Shown one piece after another: positions 11,271 through 24,368 of a DNA stretch of 64,000 nt. How positions within the stretch are numbered: position 1 is the first letter of the stretch; the number at the start of each line of letters is the position of its first letter. Source of the DNA: Callorhinchus milii (taxonomy: Eukaryota); the NCBI RefSeq assembly GCF_018977255.1, contig NW_024704742.1:113648001-113712000 (forward strand), written 5' to 3'. Both the position numbers and the translations under genes were made by a program. The notes beneath the pieces are model-generated. The model was given only the letters and a program-made list of their open reading frames with translations. It had not been told where the DNA came from and did not search any database.

Positions 11271-12129
11271 CTTGAAAGCATTAAACGTACTTGACATACT
11301 TGAACACATCAAAACAATATTACAAAGATGAGATTTGCTTTCTGGAGTAAGCAAACTTTACACGTAAAGTAATTTCAGTCACCAATCAATCTGTGATCTG
11401 CAAAACAGTGTTGTAGTAACAAACTGTAGTTGCCTTACAGTTAATAATTACCTATGGCAATGTTTATGGCACAGGTGTGTGTCATGTGCAAACATAATTT
11501 GCTAGACTGATCCTCAAATCCGTTAGCAAACAATATGTGTCTTGGATGAAGAAGAATGTTTCACTAAATGATTTGGCTGTCTTAGAAATCTTTATAGTCT
11601 ACTCAGGCTTCAGCTGCATAGCAAACCCAAACAGCCTTACCAAATACTACAGAATATTATTATTCTAACATCAATGTCCATCATCTGAGAAAACTGTTTC
11701 CAAGTACTGAAATGTTAAATTACCATTGTACACAGCATAGAAATGTGAATTTTTGATTGTTGCTACATTTTATTTTCTTAAAAGAAGAAAATTTGGTTTA
11801 GGTATGGTTTTCCAGAGACGAGATTTTTGTAATAGCTTAAATTAAGTCCAAGTTGCTACAGCTTACTGGAAAGTATTACTTCATATGCAAGGTAACATTG
11901 ACATAAACCCTTCTGAGGGAATTTTATTCCAGGAAACTGTTAGAATCCAACTGATTAAACAGTAAGGACTGGAGAATTGCATTTCATGAAACTTAGCTCA
12001 TGTGTAAAACAAATCGAAAGCATGAGAAAAAGGCAAAACTTTCACAAGAGAAAATGCCAACCGGCACTGCCTTACAGTTTTATAATTTCATAGAAGGTTT
12101 ACAGCACAGAAGGAGCTACGATAGACTTT

Positions 12130-12410
12130 ACATAAATAATAGTGCCTTTCACATTGGGAGGACAAACCAAAGCGCATTCACAGTACTGGACGGGCACCTG
12201 AGCTGAGGGTGGGAATCTACGGGTGTGGGGAGGGGAAGGATGACTGAAAGCACTTTCAGACGTGCCTTGAAAGAGGAGAGAGACGGGAGTCTAAAGTACT
12301 CTAGGATCGAGTTCCAGAGAGCGGGGTTAGAATGGCCGAAAGCTCACCTACATATGGTGGGACGGATAGGGCAGGGGACATGAAGCAGAACTGCTGAGCA
12401 AAGGAAGCAA
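12130..12410 (-). mobile_element. Old L2 3' fragment
   Basis: GTGCCTTTCACATTGGGAGGAC tail, G-rich UTR and GAGTTCCAGAG (the LWNS motif on the minus strand). Confidence 0.7.
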
Positions 12411-13114
12411 CTGGGTCAAAGATAAACCGAAAGCAATCAGCCCATTGTGCTATGGGTGTGTATGGGAACTCTTTCACTGGAGCTATTTTCTCTAATCATT
12501 TACCTTTTTATTCCTGCACCTTTCAGTATTATTTTTCCTTCAGTATTTATCGATACTTTTCCTGCACTGCACAACAATGAATATTTTACATGAGAATAAA
12601 TGTTGTGCATATAGCATGAAGAGCTTCCCCACGAGTCGTGAATCATGGATTCAATCATGACACATAGAGTGATAAATGGACCATGATTGAGCCCCTGCTG
12701 AGATTTCTGGTGCTCATGTTTAAAAGAACCAGATGATCATTTCACATCTGCATTTTTTGCGCACTGGAATTAAACTGTATTCATTCATCTGAATAATGAA
12801 AGTATTTCACCGGCTTTCAAATAATATGTTTTCTGGGTTTTAGCACCTACTGGAAGCAAAATGTTTTGCAACCTTGAATTATAAATATCGCAAAATCAAA
12901 GTCAAGTAGAAAATATAAAATCAAAAAGGACTATTTCAAAGAATTTCATCATTGCTAAAACAAAACCCTGTGCATTTTAGGAAAAAGTTTATAATTAAAC
13001 TTCTTTCAAATGATTAACATGGAAGCAGATAAGAGGCACTATATGACCTGTGACCTGTTTCCTGGATTGCTCGATCAAGCAATGGTTCCGTAAAAACTAA
13101 TTTTCGATCAGCCA

Positions 13115-13350
13115 GGCTTTCAGCCACTTGGCGCCCACTCTCAGGAGCTCCAATCCCAGGTCTCTCAGACTTGGTACCTTCCTCATGTTTTTCAAATTAT
13201 GCCTTAAAATGGACGTCTCTGAACGTGCTTCCAGTCAACTTTCCTCTCCTCACCCCCTTCAGCTCCCACCCTCACCCCAGCTAGAATTGTCAAGCACTTT
13301 GGGATGTCCTCCCAATGTGAAAGGCACTGTATAATTATAAATTGTATTGC
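13115..13350 (+). mobile_element. Old L2 3' fragment
   Basis: GCTTTCAGCCAC...GGATGTCCTCCCAATGTGAAAGGCAC. Confidence 0.7.
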
Positions 13351-14264
13351 ATCAGCTCATAAAAGTTCAATTCAATAAGTGCAACATAACTCATTTTATA
13401 ATAGTCAGTGATAGCTTTCAGATAGATTGGTCGATGCCCTCAGCTTTTACAGGATCCTTTCACAAAACTGAAACCCTCGTCAAATGATCCCGAGAAATGA
13501 GTGCCTTTTCCCAGCTGTCTCTGACAGCATTCCTAGGATTTGCCACTTGGAAAACCATTTTATTTTACACTACCTGAATCTTAATTAAAAAATCAGTGCT
13601 TCCAGCTGATAGTCAGACTGCACATTTTCTTTATTCTGTATTTTCTCTCCATTACTTATTGATATCATATCATTTCTTTTTCAACAAGCAGGAAAACAGT
13701 AACAGGTTTGTGAAATTTGATCAAAGGTTTTGTTTTGTTTCTGCCTCAGTTTCTCTTGCGTCTTCACCCTGCTGTTCTGATATAGATTATGGTCCTGCAT
13801 CCCTTTCTGAGTAATGTAGGAACACATACGGTATTTCTTCTGACAATTAGGCTAGCCATTTTAAAACTCAGTATCAGCTTCCTGGAACCAATCCGAGAAG
13901 GAGCCACACTGTGTAGCTGGGCTAGCCATTTCCTCTCCCCAAGGACACACTGAATATACAAATACTCAATGGCAGAGGAATACAAAAATACACTTGTTTA
14001 TTAATAGGTGTGGCAGAGGACAGATAATAAATTCTTCAGTTCAATTACTTTTGACCTCACTCATCTGCCTGCTGCATTTATAATAATAATAATAAACATT
14101 TATTCCAAGCTCTGGAACGCTCATCAATTATAATAAATTTGAGCTGTATTTATTTAAATATTCTGACGAAACTGGAATCACTAACATGCAGTAACCTACA
14201 GTGGGTAGGTTAGACCTCGGAATAGACAGTTTGATTGAAATCAAAGTTAATTAGGGACTTTGAA

Positions 14265-14610
14265 CTCACGTAGTCTAGGCTGAAATTCCAGGACAGTGCT
14301 GGGATGTGACGTTAATCTGAGACCCCATGTGCCGGTTCAATTGGATGTTAAAGATCCCTTGGAACTATTCGGAAAGAGAAGGGAGTTTCTCCGATGTCCT
14401 GACAAACAATCCCTCAAATAAAATTGGTCATTCACTTTATGGCGGTTTGCAGGACATTGCTGTGCGCAAATTGCCTGCTGCATTTCCCTACGAATGCAAT
14501 ATAATACAAAATGTAATTTTATATAGCGCCTTTCACATCAGGACGACGTCCCACTTCACTTTACAGTGAATCCTGCAAGGTGCTTTGAGATGTGCTTCTG
14601 ATGTGAAAGG
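14265..14610 (+). mobile_element. Old SacSINE1-like SINE with a short inverted L2 tail nested at ~14500-14552
   Basis: Deu core GACATTGCTGTGCGCAAATTGCCTGC, interrupted by TATAGCGCCTTTCACATCAGGACGACGTCCC. Confidence 0.7.
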
Positions 14611-14789
14611 CTGGGAAAAGGCACTCATTCCTCAGAATTGTTTGACTAGGATTTCAGTTTTGTGGAATGATCCTATGAAAGCTGAAGGAATCTACCAACC
14701 AATCTGAAAGCTATCTCTGACTATTATAAATGAGCTATGTTGCACCTTTTGAATTGGATTTTTATGAGCTAATTCAATAGAATTTATAC

Positions 14790-14935
14790 TTTAACAGTGC
14801 CTTTCACGTTGGGAGGACATCCCAATGTACTTGACAATTCTAGCTGGGCACCTGGGTTGAGGGTGGGAGCAGAAGGAGGTAAGGAGGGGAAGGTGATTGG
14901 AAGCGAGTTCAGAGGTGTACCTCGAAAGACAGGAA
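14790..14935 (-). mobile_element. Short L2 3' end
   Basis: Reverse complement closely resembles 13200-13350. Confidence 0.7.
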
Positions 14936-16334
14936 GTAGGTAGCAATATTCACAATGCCACAGTCAAACCATTGCCAATTTTCTGTAACTTTTCCTGACC
15001 ACTAAAATAACATTAATCTCCCCTAAAAAAATATTATTTGAATTTTTCAATAAAATAAACATTAAAATGTAAAGGTCGAGCAAAAATCACCATAAAACTA
15101 ACACAATGCTTAGTTGTAGGATGCGCAAAGCCTAGAGGAGATGATATTTCATCAATGAGCGAATGTTGTTTCTTTGGACTTATTAGATTTGTCCACTACA
15201 TTAACGTGGTACATTATATTTGGATAACGCTTTAAAAGCTTGAAAATGGGAGAGGGAAGAGAAGTCACATTTCCTAAACACATGACTCGATGAACAATTA
15301 AGAGATTTATTTTGTCATTTTGAACCCCCATTAATATTTTTTAAAATGTAAAAATCAAATCATTTAAAACCTTGCTGGAAATGACACGGTTGAAGGCTGG
15401 CATCAATGAGTAAGTAGCAATCTATAAAGACAATGGCTCTGCACAGCTTGCCAGTTCAAGTGAAGGGTCTCTCATTTATTCTGCTTCCTCATTAAATTGT
15501 TTTTTGGGGAAGACTTGCAAATAGCAATATTAGAACATGGACAACCTGTACTGCAAGCAGATTCGTGTTTTCTTTATTTTAATAACTGCACAATATCATT
15601 TAATATCAAGGAAACCGCGTGAATCACAAATACATAAATGTTTGTGGATTAGATCTCAGCACTCAATCTACATTCAGGCAATTTCTTGTAGGTATATGAG
15701 TAGGCAATTTAGGCTGCAATTTTATGAGATTATGACAGATCTCCTAGTCCCTCCTCTTTCTTCAGATCCTTTTACACCCAATATCAATCCTCTCTATTTC
15801 CCTTTTAAATATCCCAATCGATTGTATTTTGATATACTGCTTAGTGAAATTTTATAGCTATTGTAAACTGTCTTCTATTTAGTACAACATCCTCACATAT
15901 TCAACTAAAAAGAACACCACCTATCAATTCCACCTTTATGAACAATACTCGTTTTCCTGCGAGTATAGACTAAATTAATAGGAATCTATAAATATATTCA
16001 GCCTGTTCATTATCTGTGACTGTGAAGCAAACTGTCTGCAAGCCCTGTAATTAGAGATACATTTCATGCTTTCTCTCTCTTCATTTCTCTCTAAAAATCA
16101 GAAAGTAACCCTACTGAGTTGATGAATATGGTTTTCAAATAAAGCAATCTTACAAAAATAAATCAATATTTGGAAAGCTCCAATCTATTGCAAGTCTCAT
16201 CAATTCCATTGTGACTCCCTACTTACCCAGGATGATTCAGACAATGTCATTCAGCTGTTGCAAACAATTCTAGTCTAGTTTGTGGTATTTTTTAATCGAT
16301 TAATGCCAACTTCACAAGAGTAGAAATGGAGAAT

Positions 16335-16660
16335 GATGCTAATAATCCTTGCAGTTGATAAGTGCCTTTCAGTTTGGGAGGTTGTATCAAAGCGATTCAC
16401 AAGATTTGCTATCAAGTGCAATGACTGTGTATTTTGTAGGCAAATGCTGTAGCCAATTTGCACACAAAACATTTTCCAGAAAAGGTTAAGTGTTTGAAAT
16501 GAATTTTATCTTGTTGCTGGATAATCTGGAGAAACTACCTCTCTTTTTGAATAGGATCTTTACAGATAGACAAGACCTCAGTTTTTAATGTCTTATCTGA
16601 AGGACAGCACCTCCAACAATGCAGCACTCTCCTAGCACTGTATTGGCGTGTCAGTCAAGA
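16335..16660 (-). mobile_element. Old SacSINE1-like SINE
   Basis: Tail, GCCAATTTGCACAC, and TCTGAAGGACAGCACCTCCAACAATGCAGCACTC. Confidence 0.7.
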
Positions 16661-18082
16661 GAACGTTTATAGGGTGTTGGGTATAACACATTTTATGATT
16701 TATTTTCACGAATCTTGCAAATCAGACCTTGATGTGACCACAGTCACACAGATACATTTTGCAACACTATTCTACCAAATCCCAGAACAGTCGATCTCAC
16801 ATATACAACTCACATATAAAACTCACAAAGAATAATCTCCTAAATTCTGATTCCAGCCCCTCTACCCACCCCACAAAATATGTATTAGAAGCCAATTATG
16901 AAGTATGTTCATTGGTTGGGTGAAAGAGGAAAGAAAAACTGAAAAGTGTATAAATGAACATGGGAAGGAAAGGAAACAAAATGTTTTAAGTATACGTGTG
17001 CTAGAATCAGAAGCAACATACAATACACACAGCACACTCCCTTACTGTGGGAGCTGGAATAAGCTGTGGTGCGACTCTAGGAACAGTGAATGGTTGTGAA
17101 TTCAGCAGTTTCCAAAAGTTGAACCCTGGAGTGTGACCTCAGGCTGCCTAATCCTCCTCGTTCTCATGGCCTCCTTAATTTGAGTTCTGAAATAATTTTC
17201 TTCAAGGGGACGAGGTTGCATATGTATATACATTGTGGAGAGGGGGAGGTCATAAAACCATGATTTGTGGCAAAAGTACTTTATTGTGGCCCCTTAAGAC
17301 AGCAATTATGGAAGATATTATCCAGATACTCATTTCCCACTGGCTTGCTTTCATCCCTTCACTTTTCAAAGGAACTTTAATTAGATTTATCATCAATGTT
17401 GGCACATCACATAGCTCTATAATCCCTTCTTTTTAACGTGCATTACAACATTGACTTTGGTGAATAGGTAACTAATCGTCAGCATCAATCAGGCCTGACT
17501 GCTGTACTTGAGCATCATTTCATATGCTACTGTGGTAGCCGTTTTAAGCATGTACATGTATGCTCGCTGCTTGGGACTCTTTTCTTCAATGCTCTATTTC
17601 ATATGTTTCCACAAACCCTGACTTGTTCCAAACATAGCTTTATGCAGCCACCCAAAGGAGATAAGATTAGGTACAGCAAATTTACAGTGAAAGGAAACAT
17701 TGCAATTCACAGAACTAGGTTGAGAAGAGTCTTGAGAATCAAGATAATGAAAACAGAAAATATATAGCTAAAGATCAAAGTTTTATGATGCGCTGAAGTA
17801 TTAAAGAATAAAATAAATTGTAGGAGTTACTCTACTTGGTATGATGACCTCTGGAACACCTAATTTAATAGTATTGACCAACAGATGTACAAATTGTCTA
17901 ATCTTAGGCCTGTAATATAGTGATTTCACCCACATTTAAAGCTGTGCATTTGATAAAACACTATTCCAACTCACCTTAAGGCAAAGTTAATAATAAGTTA
18001 GTTCACAAACCTATATTTTCCCAATATCATGGACTGTGTAGTGAGAATGCAACATGCAGAAATCCACGTTCCACAATTCTAA

Positions 18083-18528
18083 CGACAACAACAACAAGAT
18101 TAGATTTGTATAGCGCCTTTCATGTCAGGAGGACGTCCCAAGGTGTTGGGATAGCATTTCAGACCCGAGCTGGGGTTGGGGGTGTAAGGGAGGGAAGGGG
18201 AAGGGGGGTGGCCGATGGCATGGTCGAAGAGGTGGGTCTTGAGGCGGGACTTGAAGGAGGCAAAGGAAGGGGTGAGGTGGAGTGACTGGAGGATGGAATT
18301 CCAGCGATTGGGGGCAGAGTGGCTGAACGCTTTACCGCCAATGGTGGGGCGGGTGGGTCAGGGGGCCATGTAGCAGGCCGGAGCCGGCTGAGCGGAGGGA
18401 ATGGGCGGGTTGGTAGGGGGTTAGGAGGTCGCAGAGGTAGGGTGGGGCGAGGCCATGGAGGGCTTTGTATGTGAGGACCAGGATCTTGAACTGGATCCTC
18501 TGAAGGATAGGGAGCCAGTGGAGTCGGG
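18083..18528 (-). mobile_element. Young L2 3' fragment (~450 bp)
   Basis: LHWLPILQRIQFKILVLTYKALHGLAPPYLCDLL, followed by the hairpin and (TTG)n tail. Confidence 0.92.
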
Positions 18529-19169
18529 AAGCATATTGTACATTGTACATAATTATGCACACAAGTACATTGGAAGCATACTGATCTCTTTCAGATCTTT
18601 CCACTGTACCTTTTCTTGCCTTAGGTTCTTTTTGTCTCTATTCCATTTTTTNGTAGGTTTTCCTTTCCCTTGGGCCATCTATCTCACTTCACCTGCTCTC
18701 TCCTTCAACCTTCCTTCATGCTGTACAGATCTCCATTGCTCATTGCTATCATTTGGCTGCATCCCTTTCATCTCATTCTCCATTACATCTCTGCTGCTAT
18801 CCTTTTTTCCTAGAGTTCAATTTCTCCTTATTCTTTACGACATCTGTTTCTCTCTCTGTTTTCTGGTGAAAATGTGATGCAGCTCTGTCTTCGTTCTCAA
18901 ACTTGAATCGGGAAGGGCATTTCTCATCTGTTAAAAATCATGAGGACCACATTTTTGTGGTGGGTTCAATTATGTTGTTATTGTGAAACCTCTGCTTTTT
19001 TACTGTCACTTTCAATACTGTGAACATTTGAGCAATCCTTGAATGGTAAATAGTCAATAGAGAAGTCTGTATATCAAGATGTCGCTCCGTATGCAAACCA
19101 TGTCTACATGTAGACATTTTTATATATAGCACTTGCTCGTTGCTCAGAGTACAGCAAATAGAAACTCAG

Positions 19170-19350
19170 TGAGTTTAATTCAGTGAGGAGCAGCTAACCC
19201 ATGCATACTGGAAAGATCACAGATTCAACCCTCTGATCTGGGTAAGGTACGTGATCTCAGCTTGGGATGGGTTAGCGGTTTACCAGTGGTATAAGTGCCT
19301 TGGGTTAGGAGCATAAAATCAACAAGGTTTCAAGCTGTAAGTGTGTGCAT
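19170..19350 (+). mobile_element. Very old tRNA-type SINE fragment (AmnSINE2-like by recall)
   Basis: TGATCTCAGCTTGGG...TGCCTTGGGTTAGGAG..AAAATCAACAAGGTT; similar to 45585-45940. Confidence 0.4.
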
Positions 19351-21190
19351 GAAAACCCTAAGGGAGGTTACAAAATTCACACAATAAAAAAAAATCATGT
19401 AGTTTGATGCTGAATCCTTGTAAACGGGAATGATATCTCTAATTTCTTAGGTTACAAACCTTATCTGATGCATGGAACACAACCGGTAGGAATACAAATT
19501 TCCTAATGCAACAACAAGAAAATTAATACTTTAGGGGTTGAAAATAAAACTGATCACATAAAGCACAACTGATCACAAATTCAAATGATTCCACAAGCAT
19601 AATACTGGATTCCACAATATAATTTTTTTGCAGGATACAAAGGATTCCGAATGTATTTGTGTTGATAACAATTTTCTGCAATTTAAAAAAAACTAATATC
19701 TTAATATATTAAAGCATGGAAACATACCAATAGCTAATGAAGTCTACACTGATACTTTTCTTCACTTGAACCACCTTGTCTAATCCTGCTCTCCTGCTCG
19801 CTCCCCATCTCTTTTAATATTCCTCTTTTTCAAGCATCTAATTCCCTTTAAAAGAATTTATGGATTCTGCTTCAACAATAGTTTGTGGCACATTATTCCA
19901 CATTTCAACCATCCTCTTTGTGAAGAAACTTTCTTGAATCTCTTTTATTCTTTCTACGATTATCTTAAATCTGTACCCTCACATTACTGACTCACCAGCC
20001 AATGGAAATAACTATTAATTATTTTGTCCATAGGCCAGTTGCCACATGAACTGAAAGACGCCCAACCTGCTTTAAATCGCAGTCTAGTGCCCATCTGACA
20101 AAAGTATTTCTTAAATGTCTAGTGCTTAGGTTAAGTTTAAAGAGGAAGACATGGCCACAGTGATCAAAACAGCAGGTCATCAACAGAACAAAGTGGAAAG
20201 CTACATGTTCAAAATATTTGTGTAATTTTCCCCCCTAAATTCAATCCTCTTTTTCTTTACGTGGAGCAAACGGACTTAGCATCTGAGTTGCATGAGACCA
20301 TTTCCTTGTTTAGGTCCCTGTGGATTTTGAGAGGGCCAATGTGGATGCTTGGCAAAAATGTATTCCAACAATTTGATTACTATTCATGAGGGGAAGGGGG
20401 GGTTTGCAAAATAAAATAGTTGAACTGGGCCACCAGGAACCCCTGCCAACCTATGCTTGTGAAAGATACTTCAGCCCTTCCATATTCTCCCATTTCAAAT
20501 ACAAGCTGTCTGCCCTTACACACTGCACTTCTGCTTGGTTCGGGAAATTGGAATGGGTTTGATGCACAATTGTCTCTCTGACCTTTGTCAATTGCTGGAC
20601 TTTGAGGAGCTACAAGGAGACACCTGGAACTAACAGTACATTAGGGTTAAAAAACACTGGTCTGGAAAACAGCAATGTAAATAGGACTTCATTGTGGGAA
20701 AAAAATCTTCAGGACTTCAGAAAGCCCCCTAAATGTCACATCATCAAAGCACTGTGAAGTGTTTTGACACATCCCACCCACCCAATGTAAAAGGTGCTGT
20801 ATAAATATATATTTATGTAACATAAATCGTATTGTAGTGATCGAATATGGCCAGAGCTCAGGTTGAAACCCGTTAAGAGATATACTTTATGCTACAAGAA
20901 AGCATTATCATTGCTGTTTTGCATTAAGCATTTCGACAACTTCTATATCTGTTTTTCCTTAATGATGGAATGCCTCGTACCATCGCAGCCTCGTTGAAAC
21001 TGAAGAAGCACAACAACTGATGCAGGTACGTGCCAGTGACCCATCCCCTTTAGTTGCAGCCTTGGATAGCATGGGATACCACAGGTCAAAAGTGGGTATC
21101 TAATAATTTAGTGCGAGCTCTAAAACGACAAACTCGGTCAAGATTGATGACAGCAAATAACTGGAAATAATGTGCTAAATTTTTCGGCAT

Positions 21191-21349
21191 TTAACAGGAT
21201 TTCTTAATTTAATCTTAGCAACGATTCCTTCCGGTAACAGGAAATACACCACACATTACGCTGACTTAAGGGAACCCTGCTTAAAATATATCTGAGTTGG
21301 AGCTTGCCATCACTGACTTACAGATTTCTTAATTAAGAAATCCTGTTAA
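21191..21349. repeat. Perfect 19-bp inverted repeat pair
   Basis: TTAACAGGATTTCTTAATT (21191-21209) and AATTAAGAAATCCTGTTAA (21331-21349). Confidence 0.85.
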
Positions 21350-21814
21350 GAAGTACTGCAAAATTGTACTCTCTCTGATCTTTATCAATGCTTATGAAAA
21401 TTGCCGATCTTCCTCAAACCTGGTGTTGAAATGTAAAAGTTGTTCCATCAAGAATGAATATTACATTAATAGTAATCCTTGCAATTGATATAGCATCTTA
21501 TCAAATCACTTCACAGAGTTTTCTGTAAAGTGTTGTGCTAGGCCAAGCCTTTAATCATTTACATACCATAAATCAGCAGGCAGCTGTTTCTCATTTTAAT
21601 CCACAGGAATACTGTTCTTTCTTGTACAAATGTTCCACTACCTGTTTAATTGAATTGTTATAATCACTTTCTGTGGTTGACTTTGTTTAATCTTGTAATT
21701 AGCTTGACACATTCTTCACATGAAACAAATAGACACTGACTAGAGATGCCTTAATGGACCGAATGTGCAAAAATAAATCTGAAATTCAAAATGAACCCAA
21801 TTGTTGGTCTTAGA

Positions 21815-22232
21815 ACATGTATTTGATATAGTACCTTATCACATCATCAAGACAGCTCAATGCACTTCACTGGATATACTGTAAAGTGAAATGAATATGT
21901 GCATTTTCTAGGTGTACGTTGCAGCCAATTTGCACCTAGCAATGTCTCACAAAAAGCCATGATACGAATAACCAATTTTATTTGGGGGATTGTTGGTCAG
22001 GACATGAGAAGAAACTCTCTTCTTTTTTTGACTTGTGACGTGCAATCATTGACGTCCACCCAAACAGGCAGATGGGACCTTACTTTGTCGTCTCATCAGA
22101 AGAGCGGTACCTCTGAAATTGCAGTGCTCCCCCAGCACTGCACTGGTTGTTACATTAGACTGTAAGCTCAAAGTCCTGCTGTGGGTCTTGAACCCACAAC
22201 CTTCTGACCCAGAAGCAAGAGTGCTACTAACT
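21815..22232 (-). mobile_element. Near-full old SacSINE1-like SINE
   Basis: Tail, Deu core and head (GAACCCACAACCTTCTGACCCAGAAGCAAGAGTGCTAC). Confidence 0.85.
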
Positions 22233-22289
22233 GATATGATCTGACACCAATTAGGGATTCCTGGGTAAATGCATTTCAGACAATTGAGT

Positions 22290-22620
22290 GACAACAATAA
22301 CTTGTGTTTATGTAGTGACAGAGTCTGACAACAAGTCAAGGGGGAGGGAGGGAGGGGGGAGGTAACCGTAAGCACAATGAAAAAGGAAGGTCTTTAGGGC
22401 GGGAGCAAGGCGTAGGGATCGAGGGAGAGAGTTCCAGAATTTCAGGGCATAGTGGCTGATAGCACGGTCACCGATAGTGGAGCGGAGGGACAATTAGAAA
22501 GCCGGAGCAGAGGCAGTGGGTGGTGGAGTGAGGGGTAAGCAGGTCGGATAGGTAGGGAGGTGCGAGGGAATTAAATGACTTGAAAACGAATGAGAGAACA
22601 TCAGTGTTAGATCATACATG
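22290..22620 (-). mobile_element. Old L2 3' fragment
   Basis: STIGDRAISHYALKFWNSLPRSLRLAP. Confidence 0.8.
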
Positions 22621-23039
22621 TGTTCAGTATGATAATTATTTGATGTGAGTGTCAGATTGTTGAAATGCCACACGTTTTGAGCTGTAACTAAAGAATGGCA
22701 ACTAAATGCCACTGAATTCTGCAGAATACATGGATCCTTTCTGGATGTTAAAAAAAATGAATGCCATCTTGGTTTTAAGGATGTGGAGAAGTAACTTTAG
22801 TTTAAATTTTGGAGGCAGCATTTGAAGGCTGCTTTATAGGATACCAACTGAGTTGGTCAATGTACTGGATCTAGCTCACTTAAATGCTGATCTCCAGGAT
22901 CGGGAGCAGCTTCTGAGTGGAGACATTTTGTGAAGATTGACATTTGAGTGCAGCAAAAAAAAACATTCTTGGTGAATTAATGGTCAAAATGAAGGATACT
23001 CGTGCTGCAAATTGGTACATTTATCATTTTAAGAACCTA

Positions 23040-23552
23040 GGCACCCGGTTGGTGTCAGCATAAAGCATTTTTATGTCAGGCTTCGGATAATTAAATGCAA
23101 AGCTCTCTCTAACCTGCTCTAAAAGGTGCTTCAGGTCTAACAACCTGCATTTATATACTTCAAGAAAAATAATATTTCAGAGAGTGTGAGAAAAATGTAG
23201 TCAATACAGAACAGGGAATTGAGAGATTTAAAGATGATGGACAAAGGCAAAGTCAGGTTGTTTCAACTTCAGAGCTGCTTCCTCCTCCTCCTGCAGTATC
23301 AGAACCACCTTGCTGACATCTTATCCTGTGGCTCCTGATTAAGACTGCCAGGGTTAGTAACAATTAGTGGCAAATGAACAGCATAGTTTAGTGCTATCTT
23401 TCATCAACCACAAACTGGAATTGAACTACCCAAACCGATACGAGACTTACAATTTATAGGCAGAGAAGACATTCACCCGATCAGTGTGGACTAGAATCAA
23501 TGCTATTTCCAGAGTTGAAAGGCCATTATCTCTCATTCTACATTTCCATCAG
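23040..23552 (-). mobile_element. LF-SINE-like ancient SINE, heavily decayed
   Basis: Ordered blocks AGACTGCCA..CAATTAGTG, AACTGGAATTGA and AGAGTTGAAAGGC match my recall of the LF-SINE reverse complement. Confidence 0.45.
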
Positions 23553-23860
23553 AAAGCATTTTTCCTGCTGGGCTTAATTATCCCAGTCTGTGGTCTATGA
23601 TTGTGCTAGTACGTGTGGCAACACAAGGTTTTTTGGTAATAGCTGGGCTCCAGGACTTGTGGTTCGCCAAGTAACAAGCTGCTGTTGTTATCCTCTCAAC
23701 CACAGATTCTATTTCAGAAGATTCATAGCAGCATCTTTGGCCCAATTTATCTCATCCTTCCAAAATACCCACATTATAGTCCTTCTAACACAGGATCAAA
23801 CTGTTTTTCTTAAATGAGGCCAGTGTCCCAGAATCAACCACCTTTCCCGGCAACTTGTGC

Positions 23861-24170
23861 AGTCCTGTAGCTCAGTGGTTAGCTCGCTTTACAAGTGAGA
23901 GACCTGGTTTCGATACCCGGTAGGGTGAAATCTTGGGCAAGTTTCCTTACTCCACACGCCTGATAATAATCCCTCAAGAAAAACAATAATAAATTTGTCA
24001 CTTCAATCCACGACTGTTTGTGGGACACTGCTGTGTGCAATTGGCTGCCACATTTCACCCACAAATATACAGTCAATTTACTTTACAATCTATTCTGTGA
24101 AGTGCTTTGAGATGTCTAGAAGACGTGAAAAGCGCTATATCAAATGCAAGGATTATTATTATTGTTATTA
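23861..24170 (+). mobile_element. Full-length young tRNA-Deu SINE
   Basis: Head-to-tail match with the family; hairpin ATGTCTAGAAGACGT. Confidence 0.9.
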
Positions 24171-24186
24171 TAACTTTAATTGTCTA

Positions 24187-24368
24187 AAGCAAAAGTCGCT
24201 GGGAACACTAGGCAGGTCAGGGAGCATCTATGGAGAAAGGAAAGTGAGTCAATGTTTCGGGTCCACGACCCTTCGTTCCGACGTTCTGACGAAGGTTCGT
24301 GGACCCAAAATGTTGACTTCTGTTTTTGAGTCAGATCTCCAGCATCTGCAGCATTTTGCGTTTTGTTT
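24187..24368. mobile_element. Palindromic Penelope-like terminal-repeat element with hammerhead-like cores
   Basis: 30-bp inverted arms (24247-24276 and 24289-24318, 4 mismatches), CTGACGA at 24286-24292, stem GGGTC/GACCC, and GAAAC on the minus arm. Confidence 0.7.

Noticed and set aside
12634..12692. Small TCAATCATG/CATGATTGA hairpin
   Set aside because: 9-bp arms are within chance expectation for this composition.
16221..16254. Minus-strand donor TGG|GTAAGT with a nearby acceptor
   Set aside because: The 28-nt segment has stops in all three frames and no other support.
18455..18877. Hydrophobic 140-aa ORF
   Set aside because: Antisense L2 plus low-complexity CT-rich sequence, with an ambiguous base (n) at 18652.
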